From: an uncultured delta proteobacterium
GTDB taxonomy: Bacteria > Desulfobacterota > Desulfuromonadia > Desulfuromonadales > BM103
Length of the DNA: 64,000 nucleotides
Direction of reading: 5' to 3'
Assembly: GCA_963715335.1 (NCBI GenBank)
Contig: CAVQRZ010000009.1
Span: forward strand, 32,001-96,000
The position numbers and the translations under genes were made by a program. The notes beneath the pieces were generated by a model, which saw only the letters and a list, made by a program, of their open reading frames with translations, made no database searches and had not been told where the DNA came from. Positions 1 through 10,519 of the stretch are shown in pieces; positions within the stretch are counted from its first letter, which is position 1; each line of letters starts with the position of its first letter.

Positions 1-202
1 AGCCTTGCGCAGGGGTGGTGTTCAGCGCATCTATACCGGAAATATCAAAACCGGAGAGCATCAAGTTCGGGTGAAGCTGATTGGCGAGTCTGAAGGGAGT
101 GCCTTCGAACGTTCAGAAGAATTCATGGTTCAAAAGGATGTGGGCCCCAGCATTGTGGAAATAAGCGTGGCTCACCAGGCAATAACCTTTAATGACAGGT
201 AG
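1..202 (+). CDS. 3' end of a conserved hypothetical protein at the head of the TPR/ExbBD operon (partial)
   Basis: Open frame from the window edge (GGVQRIYTGNIKTGEH...); ends 3 bp before the next ORF. Confidence 0.6.
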   Translation, partial: ALRRGGVQRIYTGNIKTGEHQVRVKLIGESEGSAFERSEEFMVQKDVGPSIVEISVAHQAITFNDR

Positions 203-205
203 TCC

Positions 206-2098
206 ATGTTGCGGCTGGTAGTAATTCTGACAAGCCTATGGTTACTGGCGTCATCTGCGATGGCCGCCAGTACAACTGCACCGGAAGAGTTGGCGGATCT
301 CTATTTTGGCGAGACCCTCTTTTACGCTTTCCAGGAAGATTGGTTCGATGCCATCGCCCGGCTCGACACCGAACTGGCGCAGCATCACGGACTCGATCAG
401 CCCGAGCTCGACAGCCTTTTTCAGCATATCGGTCTGGCCGAGTTTGCTGTTGGCGACTTTGAATTGGCTTATCGTATGCACCAGCGCGCCGGGCGCGCCA
501 TCACAGCGGTTATTAATGGCAATGTCGCGGCAGAAACCCGCAACGAAGCGATCTTCCGCCTGGCACGGATCTACTTTCAGAAAGATCAACCGGTCAACGC
601 CCTGCATGCCCTTGAGCGCATCACCGGGGACGTCCCCGCAGCTATTCGCGATGACCTGGCGTTCCTGCGATCGCAGGTCCTTATGGCGACCGGCCGTTTT
701 GCCGAAGCCGCAACAATTCTGACTGAACTGGAGGATGTCAAGGATCTGCAGGGCTTTGTCGGCTACAACCTCGGTATCGCCCTGATCAGGGATGGTCAGG
801 AGCAGGCAGGTCGCCGTCAACTTGAGCTCAGCGGCCAGTTGATGAGTGATAACTCCTTGACCCTGGCGATCAGGGACAAGGCAAACCTCGTGCTCGGCGA
901 CATGTTGCTGAAAGAAGAAGATTACGCCGGCGCCAAGCTGGTACTTGACCGGGTTCGCCTTGAGGGAGCGTTCTCCAACCGGGCATTGCTCGGTTCAGGG
1001 TGGGCCGATGCCTCAGTAGAAAACTTCGAACAGGCGCTGGTGCCATGGAGCCTGTTGGTCGGGCGCGAAGTGACCGATCTTGCGGTACAGGAAGCCATGC
1101 TCGCGGTTCCCTATGCCTATGGCAAGCTCGGGATCTATGGCAAGGCGGCGCTGATGTACGGCTCTGCCCTGGGCTCGTTCAAAACGGAAATCGCCAGGCT
1201 CGGCGCATCCATCAAAAGCATACGCGAGGGCAAATTCCTCAGCGCTTTGAAGCGGGAAGAACTGAAACAGGATTCCGCATGGGTCGTTAAGCTGCGCGAG
1301 CTGCCGGAGGCCCCGGAGACTTATTATCTCCTCGAATTGATGGCCGCGCACGATTTCCAGGAATCGCTGAAAAACTACCTGGACCTGGAGCAGCTGCGCA
1401 GGAAACTTGAGCGCTGGACGGAAGACCTGGACGCCTTCGAGGAGATCATTGCGATGCGCCGGGCTTATTATCAGCCGCTGCTTCCCGAGCTCGACGCCAA
1501 GTTCCGGCTGCTCGACACGCAGATGCGTCTGCGCCTGGAGCAGCGTGAGCGTATCGAACAGCGTCTGCAGGCCATGTTGGTTGCACCGCGTCCAGATTAC
1601 CTGGCAACCGCGGAAGAACGCATTTTCGGTGCAAAAATTGCCCGGCTTGAGCAGGCGCTGAATCCCGACAACCCGGCCATAACCGCGGCTGCCGAAGCCC
1701 GGCTCAGACGCCTGCGAGGGATTCTGGACTGGAACATCTATACCGATTATGACAGGCGCCAGACAGAAGCCCATACCAACCTTTACGCATTGAACAGGGT
1801 TATTGAACGCCTCAACCGGCAATACTCATCATTTGTACGCATTCGCCAGGTCGCCACGCAAAGCTACCAGGGTTACGCAGAAACGATCCGCCGGCAGCGC
1901 ATCCGCATCGCTGCAGCCAAGCAGCAGGTAACGATCCTGCTGGCCCGCCAGGGCCATCTGCTGGAAGCCATGGCGGTCAACGAACTGGTCGGTCGCCGCG
2001 AGCGGCTTGAGGCCTTCCAGGTCAAGGCCCGTTTCGCAATGGCGGACAGCTTTGACCGCGCCGCACGTGTGCAGGAACAACAAAGGGTGGAGCCATGA
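206..2098 (+). CDS. Secreted TPR-repeat protein (GltC-like)
   Basis: 630 aa, signal peptide, TPR-like helices, C-terminal coiled coil; ATGA overlap with next gene. Confidence 0.75.
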   Translation: MLRLVVILTSLWLLASSAMAASTTAPEELADLYFGETLFYAFQEDWFDAIARLDTELAQHHGLDQPELDSLFQHIGLAEFAVGDFELAYRMHQRAGRAITAVINGNVAAETRNEAIFRLARIYFQKDQPVNALHALERITGDVPAAIRDDLAFLRSQVLMATGRFAEAATILTELEDVKDLQGFVGYNLGIALIRDGQEQAGRRQLELSGQLMSDNSLTLAIRDKANLVLGDMLLKEEDYAGAKLVLDRVRLEGAFSNRALLGSGWADASVENFEQALVPWSLLVGREVTDLAVQEAMLAVPYAYGKLGIYGKAALMYGSALGSFKTEIARLGASIKSIREGKFLSALKREELKQDSAWVVKLRELPEAPETYYLLELMAAHDFQESLKNYLDLEQLRRKLERWTEDLDAFEEIIAMRRAYYQPLLPELDAKFRLLDTQMRLRLEQRERIEQRLQAMLVAPRPDYLATAEERIFGAKIARLEQALNPDNPAITAAAEARLRRLRGILDWNIYTDYDRRQTEAHTNLYALNRVIERLNRQYSSFVRIRQVATQSYQGYAETIRRQRIRIAAAKQQVTILLARQGHLLEAMAVNELVGRRERLEAFQVKARFAMADSFDRAARVQEQQRVEP

Positions 2099-5000
2099 AC
2101 AGGTTGCAACTCTTTATTCTAGCCTTTTCGGCGATTATTGCCGCTTGTTCTCCGGTTAATCAGCACGGAACGATTGCTCAGCTGCGTGGTCAACGGGTCG
2201 AGATCACGGATCAAGAGATCACCGGCGGGATCGATGAGGCGATGGCAGGTTATCAGCAATTCCTGGCGGAGACGCAGGACCCGGTGCTGGCGCCAGAGGC
2301 GATTCGCAGGCTGGCCGATTTAAAGGTCGAGAAAGAGTATGGGCTCATAGAAGATCATCGGTCGGCAATCGACGACTCGCCGGCTTTGACCGCTCCGGAA
2401 GCCGGGATGCGTGCGGAGAGAAATCCGGAAGAAGGACCATCGGTACCGACGCAAAATGAAACCGAGGCAGCGTTTGAACAGCGCACGACGATCAACCCGC
2501 CTCTCGGCCTGGCAGACTCGGCAATAACCGGAGCCGGTCAGGCGATCGATGACCTGGCCAAGGCGGGACCGCTTGAGGCGATCAGCCTGTACCAGAAACT
2601 GCTCAGCGAATACCCTTTATACACGCGCAATGATCAAGTGCTGTACCAGATGTCGCGCGCTTACGAGGAGCTTGGCCGAATTGAAGAGGCCATGGAAGTC
2701 ATGGCGATTCTGGTCCGCGAGTTTCCGCAATCACCTTATCTTGACGAAGTACAATTCCGGCGCGCCGAATACTTCTTTACCCGGCGAAAGTACCTGGATG
2801 CAGAGGATGCCTACAGGAATATCGTTGATATCGGTGTCGGCTCAACTTTCTACCAGTTGGCCCTCTATAAACTGGGTTGGACATTCTATAAGCAGGAACT
2901 TTACGAAGATGCCCTGCATAATTTCATTGCCCTGCTCGATTACAAAGTTGCGCTGGGCTATGACTTCGAACAGACCGAAGACGAGCAGGAACAGAAACGT
3001 ATTGAGGACACCTTCCGGGTCATCAGCCTGAGCTTTTCCTATGATGGCGGCGCCGATACGGTGGTCGATTACTTCTCCGATTACGGCCATCGTCTTTACG
3101 AGGACAAAGTCTACAGCAACCTCGGTGAATACTATTTCGCCAAGCGCCGCTACAGCGATGCGGTTGCCACTTACGGCGCTTTCGTAAAGCGGAATTCGTT
3201 GCACAGAAAATCACCGCTGTTTCACATCCGCATCATCGAAATCAATACCGCCGGTGGTTTCCCCAGCCTGGTTATCGATGCGAAAAAAACCTTTGCTACG
3301 GATTACGGCCTGCAGGCCGACTACTGGCAACATTTTGAACCGGTTGAACGGCCGGAAGTCATCGCTTATCTGAAAACCAATCTTACCGATCTGGCGAACC
3401 ACTATCACGCGCTCTACCAGAAACCGAAACTGGCCGCTGAGAAACCGGTGAATCTTGCCGAGGCTCTGCACTGGTACCGTGACTTCCTCGACTCCTTCCC
3501 GAAGGAGGAAGAGACCCCGGCCATCAATTACCAGCTCGCCGATCTGTTGCTGGAAAACCGTTCCTATACTGAAGCGGCCGTGGAATATGAAAAGACGGCC
3601 TATGCATATGAACCGCATGAACAATCAGCCAAGGCCGGCTACGCGGCGGTTTACGCCTACCGTCAGCAGCTTGAGCTGACACCTGACCAGGACAGTCTTC
3701 CGTTCAAACAAGACGTTGTGCGCAGCTCGCTGACCTTTGCCGAGACCTTTCCAGAACATGAGAAAGCTGCCGTCGTCCTAGGCGCTGCAGCGGATGATCT
3801 GTACGACATGGGTGAGCACCGGCCGGCGCTGGCAGCGGCAGAAAAGCTTATCGGGGCATTCCCCGCGGCCGATGTGAACGTCAAACGTGCCGCCTGGATG
3901 GTGGTAGCGCATTCATCCTACCAACTTGAGCTCTATCGCGAAGCTGAAGCGGCATACGTCGAAGTCCTGGCGCTGCTGCCCGGCGACGACAAGTCGCGAG
4001 CGGCCTTGATCGACAACCTTGCGGCAGCAATCTACAAGCAGGGCGAAGAGGCCAGGGCGCAGGAGGATTACAGTACGGCGGCTGATCATTTTATGCGCAT
4101 CGGGGTGATGGCACCGACTTCGGGTATCCGGCCGACCGCCGAATATGACGCCGCTGCAGCACTGATCCAGTTCGAAGCCTGGGGTCGGGCGGCGACGGTC
4201 CTGACCGGGTTCCGTAACAACTTCCCGGGCCATGAATTACAGCCGGAGGTGACCAAGAAAATCGCCTACGTTTACAAGGAGGACGGAAAACTGTCGCAGG
4301 CGGCTGAAGAATACGAGCGGATCGAAACAGAGTCCGACAACATTGAGGTCCGCCGAGAAGCATTGCTGGTTGCGGCTGAGCTGCACGAACAGGCGAGTGG
4401 AAAGTCCCGGGCGCTGGTGGTCTATCAGCGTTATGTCGACTATTTCCCGAAGCCGGCCGGGATCAATTTGGAAACCCGCAATAAAATTGCCGAGATCCTT
4501 AAAGGCCAGCAGAAATGGGAAGCCTATCTGAATGAGCTCAGGCAGATCGTCGCGATTGATGCTGGCGCGGGTGAAGAGCGGACCGATCGAACCCGTTTCC
4601 TGGCGGCACAGGCGGCCCTGGTCCTGGCTCGGCCGAATTATGAACAGTTCGTTTCGGTCGAGCTGGTCATGCCGTTTGAAATAAACCTGCGCAAAAAGCA
4701 GAAACTTATGAAAACCGCGATCCAGGAATTCAGCCAGCTGTTCGATTACGAAGTCGGCGAAGTGACTGCCGCCGCAACTTTCTATCTCGCCGAGATTTAT
4801 GCTCATTTCAGTAAATCACTGATGGCATCCGAGCGCCCCGCCGGGTTGAACCCCATGGAGCGTGAGGAGTACGAACTGGCCATCGAAGAACAAGCTTACC
4901 CTTTTGAGGAGAAGGCTATCTCGGTACATGAAAGTAATCTCGAACTGATTTCCCTGGGCGTCTACAACGAGTGGATCGAGAAGAGCCTGCAGGAACTGGC

Positions 5001-5223
5001 CAGGTCAGTCCCCGCACGCTATGCACGGCCCGAGGAAAAGAGCACGGTCATCGCTTCGCCCGAGTCCTTCAGCTTCGAAATTGTCGGCCCTGCAGCGTCG
5101 ATTCCGGCGGAAGTCCAGTCACTGCCGACCGCTGAAATGCCAACTGATCAGGTTGCGCGCGACAGCAGCAAGGCCGGCGCATCTCAGGACACTGTTCCGG
5201 GAGAAGGGGAGGTGAAAGAGTGA
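2095..5223 (+). CDS. Large TPR lipoprotein (GltD/AgmU-like)
   Basis: 1042 aa, lipobox IAAC, many TPRs, C-terminal LEEQAYPFEEKAI-type motif. Confidence 0.75.
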   Translation: MNRLQLFILAFSAIIAACSPVNQHGTIAQLRGQRVEITDQEITGGIDEAMAGYQQFLAETQDPVLAPEAIRRLADLKVEKEYGLIEDHRSAIDDSPALTAPEAGMRAERNPEEGPSVPTQNETEAAFEQRTTINPPLGLADSAITGAGQAIDDLAKAGPLEAISLYQKLLSEYPLYTRNDQVLYQMSRAYEELGRIEEAMEVMAILVREFPQSPYLDEVQFRRAEYFFTRRKYLDAEDAYRNIVDIGVGSTFYQLALYKLGWTFYKQELYEDALHNFIALLDYKVALGYDFEQTEDEQEQKRIEDTFRVISLSFSYDGGADTVVDYFSDYGHRLYEDKVYSNLGEYYFAKRRYSDAVATYGAFVKRNSLHRKSPLFHIRIIEINTAGGFPSLVIDAKKTFATDYGLQADYWQHFEPVERPEVIAYLKTNLTDLANHYHALYQKPKLAAEKPVNLAEALHWYRDFLDSFPKEEETPAINYQLADLLLENRSYTEAAVEYEKTAYAYEPHEQSAKAGYAAVYAYRQQLELTPDQDSLPFKQDVVRSSLTFAETFPEHEKAAVVLGAAADDLYDMGEHRPALAAAEKLIGAFPAADVNVKRAAWMVVAHSSYQLELYREAEAAYVEVLALLPGDDKSRAALIDNLAAAIYKQGEEARAQEDYSTAADHFMRIGVMAPTSGIRPTAEYDAAAALIQFEAWGRAATVLTGFRNNFPGHELQPEVTKKIAYVYKEDGKLSQAAEEYERIETESDNIEVRREALLVAAELHEQASGKSRALVVYQRYVDYFPKPAGINLETRNKIAEILKGQQKWEAYLNELRQIVAIDAGAGEERTDRTRFLAAQAALVLARPNYEQFVSVELVMPFEINLRKKQKLMKTAIQEFSQLFDYEVGEVTAAATFYLAEIYAHFSKSLMASERPAGLNPMEREEYELAIEEQAYPFEEKAISVHESNLELISLGVYNEWIEKSLQELARSVPARYARPEEKSTVIASPESFSFEIVGPAASIPAEVQSLPTAEMPTDQVARDSSKAGASQDTVPGEGEVKE

Positions 5224-5885
5224 ACGTCCCGTTTATGCAGAAGATAAACGCTCTGACGCTGATGATCGTTCTGACGCTGCTCGCCGGATGCACCACCGGT
5301 GTGACGGTCGAGCCTGAGACCGGAGCCTTGAGCCGACCCGTTGCCGATGGGTCGACAGTGTCGCGCTTCGAAAATGGTCGCAAAGGGTTCGTCCTTACGG
5401 AAACAGCAAACCTGAACGCGGCCTCACGCCATGACTTCGACCGTGCGGTCGAAGCGATGAGCCGTGGTGATTTCGACCAGGCTATTGAGTTGTTTAACCG
5501 GGTGCTCGATGTTTCACCGGGAATTACCGCACCCCACATCAATATCGCGATGGCTTACAGGAAAAACGACAAACCGACACCGGCTGAAGAGCACCTGAAA
5601 ACGGCCCTGGAACTGGTCCCGGGCCATCCGGTGGCGAGCAACGAGTACGGCCTGTTGCTGCGCCAGTCCGGTCGATTCGCCGAGGCGAGGGATATCTACG
5701 CAAAGGCGCTGACGAAGTTTCCGGAATATTATCCGGCCCGCAGGAACCTCGGGATTCTCTGCGATCTATATCTGAACGACCAAAAATGCGCCCTCGCCCA
5801 ATACGAGTTGTACAGCGAGGCCAGGCCTGACGATGAACAGGTCAAGCTGTGGATTTCAGAGCTGCGCCTGCGGCTCGGCCAATAG
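5220..5885 (+). CDS. TPR lipoprotein (GltE/AglT-like)
   Basis: Lipobox LAGC, TPRs, NLGILCDLYL motif. Confidence 0.75.
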   Translation: MNVPFMQKINALTLMIVLTLLAGCTTGVTVEPETGALSRPVADGSTVSRFENGRKGFVLTETANLNAASRHDFDRAVEAMSRGDFDQAIELFNRVLDVSPGITAPHINIAMAYRKNDKPTPAEEHLKTALELVPGHPVASNEYGLLLRQSGRFAEARDIYAKALTKFPEYYPARRNLGILCDLYLNDQKCALAQYELYSEARPDDEQVKLWISELRLRLGQ

Positions 5886-5933
5886 CCAGATTGTTTTGTC
5901 GAACATGCAAGCAACTCTGAAGGGAAGCTGAAT

Positions 5934-6245
5934 ATGAAACAAAAACTTGTCATCTGTTTATGCATGGTCCTGCTGACGGCCGCTGCGGCAACAGCCGTAG
6001 AGCAGGGATCGGCTGAACGCAAGCCGGGGATAGATCAGGCGAAGGAACTTTCGGGCATGTCAATCGTCGGTAACGACGAAGCTCCGAAGTCACTGTATAT
6101 CGTGCCCTGGAAGAGCTCCGAAATCGGAGTCGAGACCAGCCTGGACATGATGTTGAATAAAGACGCCGTTCCGGTGGATCGGGACGTTTTCAAGAGACAG
6201 CTGGACTTCTATGAAGTCAGCACTGCTAACAGATCTGGAGGATAA
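5934..6245 (+). CDS. Small secreted protein (GltF-like)
   Basis: Signal peptide, IVGNDEAPKSLYIVPW motif, position upstream of the TolQ-family gene. Confidence 0.6.
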   Translation: MKQKLVICLCMVLLTAAAATAVEQGSAERKPGIDQAKELSGMSIVGNDEAPKSLYIVPWKSSEIGVETSLDMMLNKDAVPVDRDVFKRQLDFYEVSTANRSGG

Positions 6246-6249
6246 AGTC

Positions 6250-6903
6250 ATGGAAAGTATTTATTCGGTTATTGGTTTTTTTCAAAAGGGTGGCCTGTTC
6301 ATGTACCCGATTCTGCTGGTTCTTACGGTCGGGATGGCGATCGCTGTCGAGCGTTGGATCCAATTGAGCCGCACCCGTAATGACAACCGTAAAATGTGGG
6401 CCCGGCTGCAGCCGATTCTGGTCGGTGGGGAGTTTGAGAAAGCACGGGAGATGGTCAACAAGGACAAATCTACGATTGCGCAGATGCTGTCGATGGGCCT
6501 GGCCCGTCAGGGTGCGGTCAGACGGCGTGAAGACATCGAGATCGCCATGGAAGAAAGCATGATGGAAATTATCCCGCAGCTGGAAAAGCGCACGCCGTAC
6601 GTCGGCCTGCTTTCGAATATCGCCACTCTGCTGGGGTTGCTCGGGACGATCATGGGCCTGATCGAGGCTTTTACTGCCGTTGCCAATGCGAACCCTGCCG
6701 AGAAGGCCGATCTGCTCTCAGCCAGTATCTCGGTCGCCATGAACACGACGGCCTTCGGTTTGATGGTTGCGATCCCGTTGCTGCTCACCCATGCCAAGTT
6801 GACTTCGACCACAGGTCAGATTGTCGACAGCCTGGAAATGGCTTCGGTCAAGGCATTGAACAGTATCTCAAACTTCAGCAAGCGCCAGCATCCGACAGGC
6901 TGA
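6250..6903 (+). CDS. MotA/TolQ/ExbB proton channel (AglR-like)
   Basis: TLLGLLGTIMGLI and ISVAMNTTAFGL motifs; GGAGG RBS before ATG 6250. Confidence 0.9.
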   Translation: MESIYSVIGFFQKGGLFMYPILLVLTVGMAIAVERWIQLSRTRNDNRKMWARLQPILVGGEFEKAREMVNKDKSTIAQMLSMGLARQGAVRRREDIEIAMEESMMEIIPQLEKRTPYVGLLSNIATLLGLLGTIMGLIEAFTAVANANPAEKADLLSASISVAMNTTAFGLMVAIPLLLTHAKLTSTTGQIVDSLEMASVKALNSISNFSKRQHPTG

Positions 6904-6905
6904 TT

Positions 6906-7403
6906 ATGACCAGACGACAAAATTACCGGAAACGCAGGGGTCTGAGAGAAACTCCCGATCTGGATATAACCACGTTTATGAACCTGATGGTTATCCTCGT
7001 CCCGTTTCTGCTCATAAGTGCCGTATTCTCACGGGTCACGATCCTCGAGTTGAGCGTGCCGACGGCAGCCGGCGGGTCGGCGATCGTCAAGCCCAATTTC
7101 ACGATTGAGGTCGTTGTCAGACAGGCCGGGCTGGAGCTCGCCAACGGCTCGAATGTGGTCGCGGCAATACCTAACCAGGACGGCCGACACGATCTCGATA
7201 AACTGTCCGAGATCCTGGTCCGCCTGAAAAATGATTATCCGGAAAAAGAAGACGCGACGGTTTTGATGGAGCCGGACATCGAGTACGACCTGCTGATTCA
7301 GGTCATGGACAGGCTCCGGCAGATCGAAGTGACTGATGAGGCGAGTGAAGAGGTCCTGAAACGGGTACTTTTCCCACTGATATCGATCGGAGACGCGCCA
7401 TGA
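6906..7403 (+). CDS. ExbD/TolR family protein (AglQ/AglS-like)
   Basis: LDITTFMNLMVILVPFLL TM segment plus periplasmic domain. Confidence 0.85.
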   Translation: MTRRQNYRKRRGLRETPDLDITTFMNLMVILVPFLLISAVFSRVTILELSVPTAAGGSAIVKPNFTIEVVVRQAGLELANGSNVVAAIPNQDGRHDLDKLSEILVRLKNDYPEKEDATVLMEPDIEYDLLIQVMDRLRQIEVTDEASEEVLKRVLFPLISIGDAP

Positions 7404-7894
7404 GGGACAGCAGACGCATCAGACGCATGGACCGCAACAGGAAAAAGCTGACGGGGTTAAACCTGACCTCGCTGATGGATGTGTTCACCATCCTGGTGTT
7501 TTTCCTGCTTGCCAACTCTTCCTCGAGTGAAGTTTTGACCTCGCCCAAGCAGATCAAGCTGCCCGACTCCGTGGTTGAAGCAAAACCAAGGGAAACGGTG
7601 GTCATCCTGGTCAGTCCGGAAGCCGTGATGATTCAGGGTGAAATGGTCGTCGATACATCAGAGCTGCTCGCCTCTACCAACAGTTCGATACCGGCGATTA
7701 CCGAGCGGCTGAGCCAGATTGAACGCAATATTATCGGGATAAGTACCAGGGAGATTGTCGAGAGCAAAGAGATCACCATCCTTGCCGATAAAACGATCCC
7801 CTTCCGGGTGCTTAAAAAAATAATGTCAACCTGTACGGGCTCCGGATACGGGAGGATTTCTCTCGCGGTCATCCAAAGGGCCTCGCAAACCTGA
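7400..7894 (+). CDS. Second ExbD/TolR family protein
   Basis: LNLTSLMDVFTILVFFLL with conserved Asp; ADKTIPF motif. Confidence 0.85.
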   Translation: MRDSRRIRRMDRNRKKLTGLNLTSLMDVFTILVFFLLANSSSSEVLTSPKQIKLPDSVVEAKPRETVVILVSPEAVMIQGEMVVDTSELLASTNSSIPAITERLSQIERNIIGISTREIVESKEITILADKTIPFRVLKKIMSTCTGSGYGRISLAVIQRASQT

Positions 7895-7905
7895 ACGGGA
7901 ATTCC

Positions 7906-9357
7906 GTGGATACTTCTTTATTGTCACAGGAATTAGAGCCTCTGAACGCACAGATCGAGTTGCTGCAGCGAGCTGTCGTGCAGTTGGAAGACGAATTGCG
8001 GGTTGTCGAAGCAGAGCTTGATACGTTTGCCATCGACCAACAGCACTTCGACCTTGTGCAGGAAGCCTGCAGTGCGCTTGAGAAACTGCAGGAACTGGGG
8101 GCAGGGGAACTCTTCTGGGATGGTCTGCCGGAGGGCGCAGACAGCACCGGGCACAGTGCAAGGCTGCGGTCTCGCATCGCCGCTTTCGAAGAGGGGACCC
8201 GGGGTATTCAAGAACAGCGTGAGTCTCTCCGGGAACAGATCGATCAGCATCTCGATACGCTTGATGTCCTGTTTGATGAAGTTCAGCAGGCCCATGCCCG
8301 CGAGGAGCGCCGTCAGGAAGAGTTTGTCATAGAGCGGGAAATAGTCTCTCTGCCATTCCGGCCGATGGTCATGCCCTGGGCCAAGGATATCGAGAGCGAG
8401 CGGCGTTTCCGTCGGACCCTGCTGGTCTCGATGTTCTGGAGCCTGGCGCTGGGGATCCTGATTCCCATGATCACGGTGCCGGTTCAGGACCGATATGAGA
8501 GCGTAATTGAAATCCCGGAGCGTCTGGCCATGCTGGTTAAACCGCCACCACCGCCGGTGCCATTACCGGAAAAGCCGCAGCAGCGTGAGGAAGTCAAACC
8601 GGACCAGAAAAAAAATGCTGAACCTGACAAAACAGCCAAACCCAAGAAGGCCTTGAAAAAGAATCGTCCGGAAACCAAGCCCGATGGCGGCGAGACCAAA
8701 GTCGCAAGGAAAAAAGCCGCAAACACCGGGGTCCTGGCTTTCAAGAGCAGCTTTGCCGACCTGATGGATGAAGTCCCCGTTGCGAAACTCGGCGCTGAAG
8801 CACGCCTGAAAAAGAACGACCCAAGGGTCCCGGGGCATTCCCGCGCCCAGCGTTCGCTGGTGGCGATGCAGGCCAAAGGTGGCAGCAGTGCAGGAATTCG
8901 CAACTACGAGGTCAGTCGCAATCTTGGCAATGGCGGGCAGGGCGGCGGCAGCGGCTACGGCAACGCAGGAGCGATCGGTGGTGTCGGGACGGCAAAAGTC
9001 GAGAGCGCCATGGCAGGGCTTGCGGAAGAAGCGGGCCGGCCGCTGAGTGACGGCCTCGGCGCGGCCAGAACCGACGAGGAAATCCAGATCGTTTTCGATC
9101 GTTACAAGGCAACGCTCTACCGGATCTACAACAAGGAACTGCGCAAGGATCCGACTCTGCGCGGCAAATTGCTGTTGCGATTGACGATTGAGCCGGGTGG
9201 AGAAGTGTCTTTTTGCGCAGTGGAATCAACGGATCTCGCTTCGCCTGATCTGGTCACCAGAATCGTCGACCGGGTCAAGAGGTTTAATTTCGGGCCAAAG
9301 GAAGATGTGCCACAGATCACTATTCTTTACCCGATTGATTTTCTGCCTGCAGGGTAG
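7906..9357 (+). CDS. TonB-like energy transducer with AgmX/PglI-type C-terminal domain (GltG-like)
   Basis: N-terminal coiled coil, single TM, Pro/Lys-rich linker, Gly-rich region, C-terminal IYNKELRKDPTLRGK...YPIDF. Confidence 0.8.
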   Translation: MDTSLLSQELEPLNAQIELLQRAVVQLEDELRVVEAELDTFAIDQQHFDLVQEACSALEKLQELGAGELFWDGLPEGADSTGHSARLRSRIAAFEEGTRGIQEQRESLREQIDQHLDTLDVLFDEVQQAHAREERRQEEFVIEREIVSLPFRPMVMPWAKDIESERRFRRTLLVSMFWSLALGILIPMITVPVQDRYESVIEIPERLAMLVKPPPPPVPLPEKPQQREEVKPDQKKNAEPDKTAKPKKALKKNRPETKPDGGETKVARKKAANTGVLAFKSSFADLMDEVPVAKLGAEARLKKNDPRVPGHSRAQRSLVAMQAKGGSSAGIRNYEVSRNLGNGGQGGGSGYGNAGAIGGVGTAKVESAMAGLAEEAGRPLSDGLGAARTDEEIQIVFDRYKATLYRIYNKELRKDPTLRGKLLLRLTIEPGGEVSFCAVESTDLASPDLVTRIVDRVKRFNFGPKEDVPQITILYPIDFLPAG

Positions 9358-9473
9358 ATTTTGGTCGGGGTCATCCTGGATGGCCTCATGATCTTGGTCA
9401 CTTATGGGTGGGTGCTTGCGGGCGATGAAGCATGATTGGAGTTAATTTTAACCATCAATTCAGGAGAGACATC

Positions 9474-10247
9474 ATGGAAACCTTCAGTTATCAAATGACA
9501 TTACCGTCATGTACATTGGGTAAAGCGCTGCTGGTTGAGCTCGAGAAACGATTGCGCTTCGGTATCCCTATCCTCGCCCAGGAGGGCTTGCGGAAAATCT
9601 CCATGGGCCTTGGATTTGAAGATCATAAGAAGCTTGAACATTACATGATCATCGTCGAGTCGAAGAAAGAAATCCTTAATTTTAAATGTACCAAGGAGTT
9701 GCCTTTACCCTATTTCGAGCGCCAGCCCAAAAAGGTAAAAGTCGAGTACGATCTATGCGCGTCCAAATTCATAACAGTCCGAATCATCTTTACCCCTGAC
9801 GAACGTCCACGGGTTTACATGAAAACCCAGAATCAACAAGTCAAGAAAATGCTCCCCAAGATCGCCGACGGGCTGTGCGCAACTATCGAAGCATACGGTA
9901 ACCGCCATAAGGCTCTGCATAATCCTTTCGTCCAGTCACTGCCACTCTTGACCATCCCACTTATGGTGATGGCTTTCGGCATCTATAGCGAAATCGATCT
10001 CTTCCTGCTTTGCAGCAGCCTTGGCTGGCTCTGTCTGCTTATGCTGGGGTTAGTCAAGTCTTTGCCTCAACTGTTTCCGTGGGTGACCTTTGCATCAAAG
10101 CATCGTTTCAAGTTAAATCGCCTGCCGGTTCTGGCAAAGGTTTCTCTGCTCTCAGTCGCTGTTGCTTGCTACATTGCCATGGTCCTTCTGTATATGCCTC
10201 GTGCAAACAATGCGGACGCCATCATGTTGGCAAGCTTGTTCGGCTGA
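9474..10247 (+). CDS. Hypothetical membrane protein
   Basis: GGAG RBS before ATG 9474; about three C-terminal hydrophobic segments. Confidence 0.55.
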   Translation: METFSYQMTLPSCTLGKALLVELEKRLRFGIPILAQEGLRKISMGLGFEDHKKLEHYMIIVESKKEILNFKCTKELPLPYFERQPKKVKVEYDLCASKFITVRIIFTPDERPRVYMKTQNQQVKKMLPKIADGLCATIEAYGNRHKALHNPFVQSLPLLTIPLMVMAFGIYSEIDLFLLCSSLGWLCLLMLGLVKSLPQLFPWVTFASKHRFKLNRLPVLAKVSLLSVAVACYIAMVLLYMPRANNADAIMLASLFG

Positions 10248-10519
10248 CCCAAAGCCCTGCGACCCTGAATCCGGGCCGCCTGGCAGGCGCCCGACAAGAG
10301 CTGCCTGTCATAAAGGGTTTAAGATCTTGCCTGTCACTTAGAAATGGCACACTTCTGCGTCGGTACGGGATTCGGCTTTGGTGACGCCAACTGGCTGGTA
10401 GAACAGTAAGTGCTGAATCCTTTGATGTTTCTGAAAATTTTCTGGTTGAGATGTTTTTTGGCTTGTTTCCTGCTAAATACTCAGGTAACCGAAGCCCTCA
10501 TTGTGAAAAGGATAAAAAA

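Noticed and set aside
10345..10359. sigma54 promoter TGGCACACTTCTGCG
   Set aside because: GG-to-GC spacing is 9, not the required 10.
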